Below are positions 59,025 to 64,000 of a DNA stretch of 64,000 nucleotides, in pieces. A program made the translations under genes and the position numbers. Below the pieces are notes generated by a model, which made no database searches, had not been told where the DNA came from, and saw only the letters and a list, made by a program, of their open reading frames with translations. How positions within the stretch are numbered: the first letter of the stretch is position 1; each line of letters begins with the position of its first letter. Source of the DNA: Naegleria gruberi (taxonomy: Eukaryota); the NCBI GenBank assembly GCA_000004985.1, contig GG738869.1. One strand, written 5' to 3'.

Positions 59025-61130
59025 ATGGTTCTACTTCCCTCATCGTCATCAGACAGCAATAATCAAGCAGAGAACACCACGACAGCCTGCTACGGAAAAA
59101 TCATTCAACTCTCTCATCAACTCATCACACGAGTGGAAGAGTGGAGAGATGAGTTGTTGCAACGTGTTGAAGGGCAAATGAAAATTCAGAAACAATCCAT
59201 GCACGATTCACATTATAAACCATTCGATCATGAGGAGTATGAGAGAGAAATGGCTTCAAAGGTGGTGATTCCTGGATTGGAAGATGTTTTTCATGATTTA
59301 ATGCAGAGAGTGGATGTGGCTCTTGATTTGCAACCTTGCTTTCAGGATGTTAATAATCAGGTATTGAATGATGTGGAGTGTTCTGCTCCAATGATGGAAT
59401 TTAATGAAGAAGTAATTGGAATGAACAATAATGAAATGTTGTTGACAAGTTCTGCAGAGCTTGTGTATTGTCCAGAAAATTCAAGTGTTGAAGAGTTTCT
59501 TTCAGGTTTCAGTAAATACAAAACTAAAGAAAGAAATGAAGAATTATTGAAACAAGCACTGAGTACCAAGCTATTGATTGGATCTCAAATGAGTGAGCTG
59601 GAAAACAAATACATTATCATGAGTCCATTCATGATGAATATTACCAGTTTGGAAGTATGTAATACAGGCATTGGAGTAGATGTTTCCATTTTCCTTTCGA
59701 AAAGCAAACACGTTTCCAATTTGACAAGTTTGAGATTGAGAAAATGTGGATTGGAGAGTAAGCATGCCAGAGTTCTCTCTGAAAACCCATATCTTTGCAA
59801 TTTAAAGGTTTTGGATTTGGGAGATAATGTTCATATACTGTCATCTGGTTGCAGATATATTTCAGAATCTAATAACATGCGTCAGTTGACTAGCTTGGAT
59901 ATTTCTAACAATAATATTGATAGAGATATTGAATATCTTTGTAATAGTCAAAAAATGCAGAATTTGACCAAGTTAGATCTCGAACGAAATATTGTTGGCG
60001 AAACTGCAGCCAAACACATTTCTATGAGTATTTTCTTCTATAATATGATGGAACTCAACTTGAAAAACACAGGACTCAGTGAAAAGGCATTCAAAACGAT
60101 AGTAGAGTCACCAAACATGACAAACCTTACAACTCTCGATGTCAGAAACAATTCTCTCGGATCTATTTGCTGTAAACACTTAGCAGAAAGCATGTACATG
60201 TCCAAATTGACTTCTCTGTATCTATCTCAGAATCTTATAGACTCAGATGGAATTAAATACATTGCCAATAGTCAATACATGGCAAACTTGAGAAGAATTC
60301 TCTTGCTAGAAAATAGAATTGGAGCTGAGGGTGTGAAATATCTATCTCAGAGTCCATATATGGCTAATTTGACAATGATAGGATTGGAAATGAATGGAAT
60401 TGGAAGTGATGGATGCTCTTATTTATCAAATAGTTTGTGTATTACCAATCTGACAACTATTCAGCTGTTTAAAAATAAGATTCGTCCAGAGGGTATGAAA
60501 TATTTATCAGAAAGTCCATTACTCTCTAATTGCACAACTCTTGGATTAAGAGAGAATAATATTGGTGTAGAGGGAGCTGGATATCTTTCTACGAGCCCTT
60601 ATCTTTCAAAAGTCACAACACTAGTTCTGTATGAAAATCAACTGGGAGTAGAGGGAGTTCGATTGATTGTTTCCTCTCAAAATTTCTCAAATTTGACCTC
60701 CCTTAGTTTGGAAAGTAATAATATTGGTGCTGAAGGAGCTAAATTAGTGGCAGAGAGTCCATTTATGTCTCACTTGACAACACTCTTGTTATTTGATAAC
60801 AAAATTGGACCAGAAGGTGTTAAATATTTATCTCAAAGTGCTCATCTATCAAATTTAACACATTTAGAAATGGATGGTAATGCAATCAAGAATGAGGGAC
60901 CTAAATTTATTGCCCAAAGTTCTGTATTTTCAAATTTGAGAGAGTTGAGTATTCAGAATAACTCGATTAATGTGGAAGGGCTCAAGTATATTCTTGAGAG
61001 CAAATTAATCACTCAATTACACACCTTGGATATCAGAAGTAACTCTTTTGCATCTATACTTCCATTCTCAGAAGCATCAAAACTCCTACAACAAGCCAAA
61101 CAAAAGTATTGTATCAAATTAAACAACTAA
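59025..61130 (+). CDS. Leucine-rich-repeat protein of the ribonuclease-inhibitor/NLR type (about 16 LRRs of 28-29 aa) with a 230-aa non-LRR N-terminal region, 701 aa
   Basis: Repeating unit L(T/S)xLxLxxNxIGxEGxKYLSxSPxxSN (e.g. MANLRRILLLENRIGAEGVKYLSQSPY; LTTLLLFDNKIGPEGVKYLSQSAH). No NACHT or P-loop seen. Confidence 0.75.
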   Translation: MVLLPSSSSDSNNQAENTTTACYGKIIQLSHQLITRVEEWRDELLQRVEGQMKIQKQSMHDSHYKPFDHEEYEREMASKVVIPGLEDVFHDLMQRVDVALDLQPCFQDVNNQVLNDVECSAPMMEFNEEVIGMNNNEMLLTSSAELVYCPENSSVEEFLSGFSKYKTKERNEELLKQALSTKLLIGSQMSELENKYIIMSPFMMNITSLEVCNTGIGVDVSIFLSKSKHVSNLTSLRLRKCGLESKHARVLSENPYLCNLKVLDLGDNVHILSSGCRYISESNNMRQLTSLDISNNNIDRDIEYLCNSQKMQNLTKLDLERNIVGETAAKHISMSIFFYNMMELNLKNTGLSEKAFKTIVESPNMTNLTTLDVRNNSLGSICCKHLAESMYMSKLTSLYLSQNLIDSDGIKYIANSQYMANLRRILLLENRIGAEGVKYLSQSPYMANLTMIGLEMNGIGSDGCSYLSNSLCITNLTTIQLFKNKIRPEGMKYLSESPLLSNCTTLGLRENNIGVEGAGYLSTSPYLSKVTTLVLYENQLGVEGVRLIVSSQNFSNLTSLSLESNNIGAEGAKLVAESPFMSHLTTLLLFDNKIGPEGVKYLSQSAHLSNLTHLEMDGNAIKNEGPKFIAQSSVFSNLRELSIQNNSINVEGLKYILESKLITQLHTLDIRSNSFASILPFSEASKLLQQAKQKYCIKLNN

Positions 61131-61176
61131 AAAAGACAATTGTATTGCAAAAAAAAGAAGAAAGTAAAATATGAAT

Positions 61177-61249
61177 CGCCCACCGTGGGGGTCGAACCCA
61201 CGACCACAAGGTTAAGAGCCTTGCGCTCTACCGACTGAGCTAGACGGGC
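61177..61249 (-). tRNA. tRNA-Lys (anticodon CTT), 73 nt, no intron
   Basis: Reverse complement GCCCGTCTAGCTCAGTCGGTAGAGCGCAAGGCTCTTAACCTTGTGGTCGTGGGTTCGACCCCCACGGTGGGCG. Anticodon loop CTCTTAA. Highly similar to metazoan tRNA-Lys-CTT. Confidence 0.9.
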
Positions 61250-61727
61250 TACACATCCCCACAAAAACTGTCAATAAAAATTATTAAGACTTATTAATTA
61301 TCAAATTATGAATTGAAATCAGTTTGAAAATAAACAAATTAATCACAACCAAAATATCCATTAATAAAACTAATTTATTGCACTTTCAAAATTGAACGCA
61401 ATATCTCACTTTCAGCAATCATACTGCGACAAAAAGGTTACCGCGAAGGAGCAACATATGGTTTGGATGGTTCGATTGCTGCGTTATGGGCCAGCCCCAC
61501 CAGTTGTTCTTTTTTAATCCAATTTGTTCCACAATTGTAAGGAATAAGGTTTTAAAATTGTTGCAAAGAAGCAAACACTGGCCATCAATTTGAACCAAGA
61601 AAAAATATTTAAAAAAAATTTTAAAAAAAATCGTAAAAAAATGGCGCAAAACAAAATCACGTTTCTGGGTTCTGGGTAATCTCCGTATTCTCGATTTTCA
61701 ATCATCACAACTAAAAAATTAATTAAC

Positions 61728-63062
61728 ATGAAAACAAGCCTTTTCAAGACATTATTGGGTTGTTACCAGTCTAATACAATTTTCGAGTTTGATGAATTCA
61801 TGTATCGGCCAGTTGAGTGGCTGATGATGACAAATAACAGAATAGTGGTGGCTTGTCAAGATAGAATGTTGAATTTATTTGTTTTCAAGGTCATCAAGTT
61901 TGCGGATGAGCAAGAGAAAGTAGATGGTGAAACCAAAACTGAACTAATGGATATTATTAATGGATTAGATTTTTTCAATATTCTTACAGCAGGAATTCAT
62001 CAATTAGAAAACGAGGTTGTTGCAATTACTACCTATCGTGGATTGGATTTGGGTAGGCTGAGAGCAGAAAAAATAGGGAAAGGGGAAAAGATAGCTGTCT
62101 CGTTAGTTCTAAAGATTTTATTGCAGGTTACGGCAGCCTTAAAAAGGCTTCATGAAAATGATTTGATACACAGAGATGTAAAATTGGGGAATATTTTCAT
62201 GGATAATAATAGTAATTCAGATTTGGTTGTTTTGGGCGACTATGGAGTTGCAACAAAAATTAATCATATTCAAGACTTTGAACTTTATTCTAGTGTAGGC
62301 TCTGTGGGGTATTTGCCTCCTGAGCTAGAGGTAGAAAATCATGCAAGTTTTAAATGGGATGTGTGGAGTCTTGCAATCACAATATTGAAGTTTATGTTTG
62401 GGGATGAGCAGTGTGATTTTACAAAACATTATCATTTGTTGGAATTTAATAATAACAATTCAGAAAAAAAGTTCATAACTACAGTCCATAGAGTTGAAAA
62501 ACTATTTGAGCAAAGCACCCATTGCTTAAAAGACTCACCATTATGGAAAGATGTTAAGAATGTTCTTCTTAGAATGCTATTGAGAGAACATGAACGACCA
62601 AATGTGAAACAATTATTCAATGAATTTTTTGTGGGAAAGGGGTTAGTGATTGATTATGTATTCCATAAACTCAAAACTATCTCATCCAAATCTAACGAAG
62701 AATTACTCTTAAACTTGAGAAAGGTTTTAAGTTTTAAAGAAAGTGAAGCGTTCGAAAAGGGATTGAGTTTTACCCAATTCTGGTTCATTTTAGATGTTTT
62801 GATTAAAAATCCCAAATTTGGAGGCACCTATGTGCACAAACCTTTCGAGCCCCAATTCACTACTGTCACTCCTATATTTTACAAACAAATGGATGGAGAA
62901 TGGAAATGGTCACCTGATGGCGATTATTGGATGTCATGCAGTACAGAAACAGTGATAGGAGGATATTATGATGGTCAAATGCCAGTTATGGAAAATATTC
63001 GCCTTCTTAAATGGTTGCACAATGATTATGGAGTGGCTATAGTTGATTTAGGGTTGGAATGA
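61728..63062 (+). CDS. Protein-kinase-like domain protein (atypical; possible pseudokinase), 444 aa
   Basis: Catalytic-loop HRDVKLGNIFM. DYG (a DFG variant). GSVGYLPPE (APE). DVWSLAITILKFMFG. No canonical GxGxxG loop or VAIK lysine recognised upstream. Confidence 0.6.
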   Translation: MKTSLFKTLLGCYQSNTIFEFDEFMYRPVEWLMMTNNRIVVACQDRMLNLFVFKVIKFADEQEKVDGETKTELMDIINGLDFFNILTAGIHQLENEVVAITTYRGLDLGRLRAEKIGKGEKIAVSLVLKILLQVTAALKRLHENDLIHRDVKLGNIFMDNNSNSDLVVLGDYGVATKINHIQDFELYSSVGSVGYLPPELEVENHASFKWDVWSLAITILKFMFGDEQCDFTKHYHLLEFNNNNSEKKFITTVHRVEKLFEQSTHCLKDSPLWKDVKNVLLRMLLREHERPNVKQLFNEFFVGKGLVIDYVFHKLKTISSKSNEELLLNLRKVLSFKESEAFEKGLSFTQFWFILDVLIKNPKFGGTYVHKPFEPQFTTVTPIFYKQMDGEWKWSPDGDYWMSCSTETVIGGYYDGQMPVMENIRLLKWLHNDYGVAIVDLGLE

Positions 63063-63531
63063 AGATTATTTGATCTTGGATAAACTATATTTCCAAACAA
63101 TCTATTCGATTAGAAATCATGGAATTTGTGGAACTGAGCTATAGGAATATAACGAATTTAAAGAAAGAATGGATCATCTTTTGGAGATTTTACAAGAATT
63201 CGAAACATTTTATGAATTTAAGATTTTCTATCAAAAGTGAAAGTTATGTCGATTCAATCTTAATAAATTAATCAATTGAAAAAGTTTGGGAGCTGAAACT
63301 TCAGAGTCATCAATTATGACAAATTTCACATTATTGCAAATCTTGAAAAATCTTTTTTTAAGTGTTCGTTAAGTTTCTACTTGATTAATAAAAATTCTTA
63401 AAATAATTTTTGAGTGTTACAATTTTCTTGGAATTTCTGTTTGAATTGAAATCTTCACCGTTTCTTTCAACTTCAAAAATACTTAAAACTGGCCCTAGAA
63501 ATGGAGATAATTTTACAACAAACAAAAAAAA

Positions 63532-64000
63532 ATGGAAAGCGAATATGATATTGTAGTGCTTGGTACTGGATTGACTGAGTCAATTCTTGCTGCTTTGATG
63601 ACATTGAAAGGTTACAAAGTTTTAATTCGTGATAGAAATAAGTATTATGGTGGAGAGATTGCTTCATTGAACTTGAATCAAATGTTTGAAATGTTGAAGG
63701 GTGACAGTTCAGTTCCACCTATTGAGCTTGGATCTAGTAAGGACTATAACATTGATTTGATTCCAAAACTTGCCCTTTCAAGTGGAAAACTTGTTAAAAT
63801 TCTCAGATCCCTCGGTGTTATTCGTATGGGTATTGAACTTTCACCTATTGATTCCGCTTTCGTTTATCATGAAAACTCATTCGTCAAGATTCCAATTCAA
63901 CATTATGAAATTATCCACTCTCCTCTTGTAACTGGTTCAAACCCTATTCAAGCCAAAAACCTATTGAACTTCTTGTCTAATTACAATCAAAATGATCCAA
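63532..64000 (+). CDS. Rab GDP-dissociation inhibitor (GDI/REP family), 5' part; continues beyond the window end
   Basis: MESEYDIVVLGTGLTESILAALMTLKGYKVLIRDRNKYYGG (FAD/GDI N-terminal signature, MDEEYDVIVLGTGL..NPYYGG-like). Open to 64000. Confidence 0.8.
   Translation, partial: MESEYDIVVLGTGLTESILAALMTLKGYKVLIRDRNKYYGGEIASLNLNQMFEMLKGDSSVPPIELGSSKDYNIDLIPKLALSSGKLVKILRSLGVIRMGIELSPIDSAFVYHENSFVKIPIQHYEIIHSPLVTGSNPIQAKNLLNFLSNYNQNDP

Overview
The window is a gene-dense, AT-rich (roughly 65-70% A+T) stretch of nuclear DNA from a unicellular eukaryote. It is not prokaryotic: it carries a canonical alpha-tubulin gene, spliceosomal GT-AG introns of about 45-180 nt, and cytoplasmic-type tRNAs. 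Gene content points to an amoebozoan protist, most likely a dictyostelid-like social amoeba; a heterolobosean such as Naegleria cannot be excluded. The supporting features are a giant RasGEF, a hybrid histidine kinase, Rac, poly-Asn/poly-Gln tracts encoded by AAT/CAA, a yeast-like codon bias (AGA, TTG, CCA, GGT), and many F-box, ankyrin, TPR and LRR proteins.

I call about 35 protein-coding genes, roughly one per 1.7 kb; most are intronless or have 1-5 short introns, and several convergent gene pairs have stop codons only 25-60 bp apart. I also call three tRNA genes: two near-identical tRNA-Ala(AGC) copies in opposite orientation, and one tRNA-Lys(CTT). I see no CRISPR array, no transposase or reverse-transcriptase ORF, and no rRNA.

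The observations most worth a second look are listed below.
- A two-exon gene fuses a signal peptide and a repeated acidic/basic propeptide to a papain-fold Cys-His-Asp amidase domain, a candidate secreted bacteriolytic enzyme, possibly acquired from bacteria.
- Two paralogous Zn2Cys6 zinc-cluster transcription factors sit in inverted orientation on either side of alpha-tubulin.
- A divergently transcribed pair of paralogous two-transmembrane proteins carries an RGS-like C-terminal domain.
- An F-box is fused to a Rab-like GTPase whose catalytic Gln is lost.
- A SAM-like plus AAA+/P-loop ATPase gene has an unresolved frameshift.
- A Sel1-repeat gene carries an in-frame TAA.
- A TTTCGAATA(G/A) motif recurs in introns and intergenic DNA.

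All coordinates and exon boundaries were worked out by eye from the sequence. No database search was run. All family assignments are motif-based inferences.
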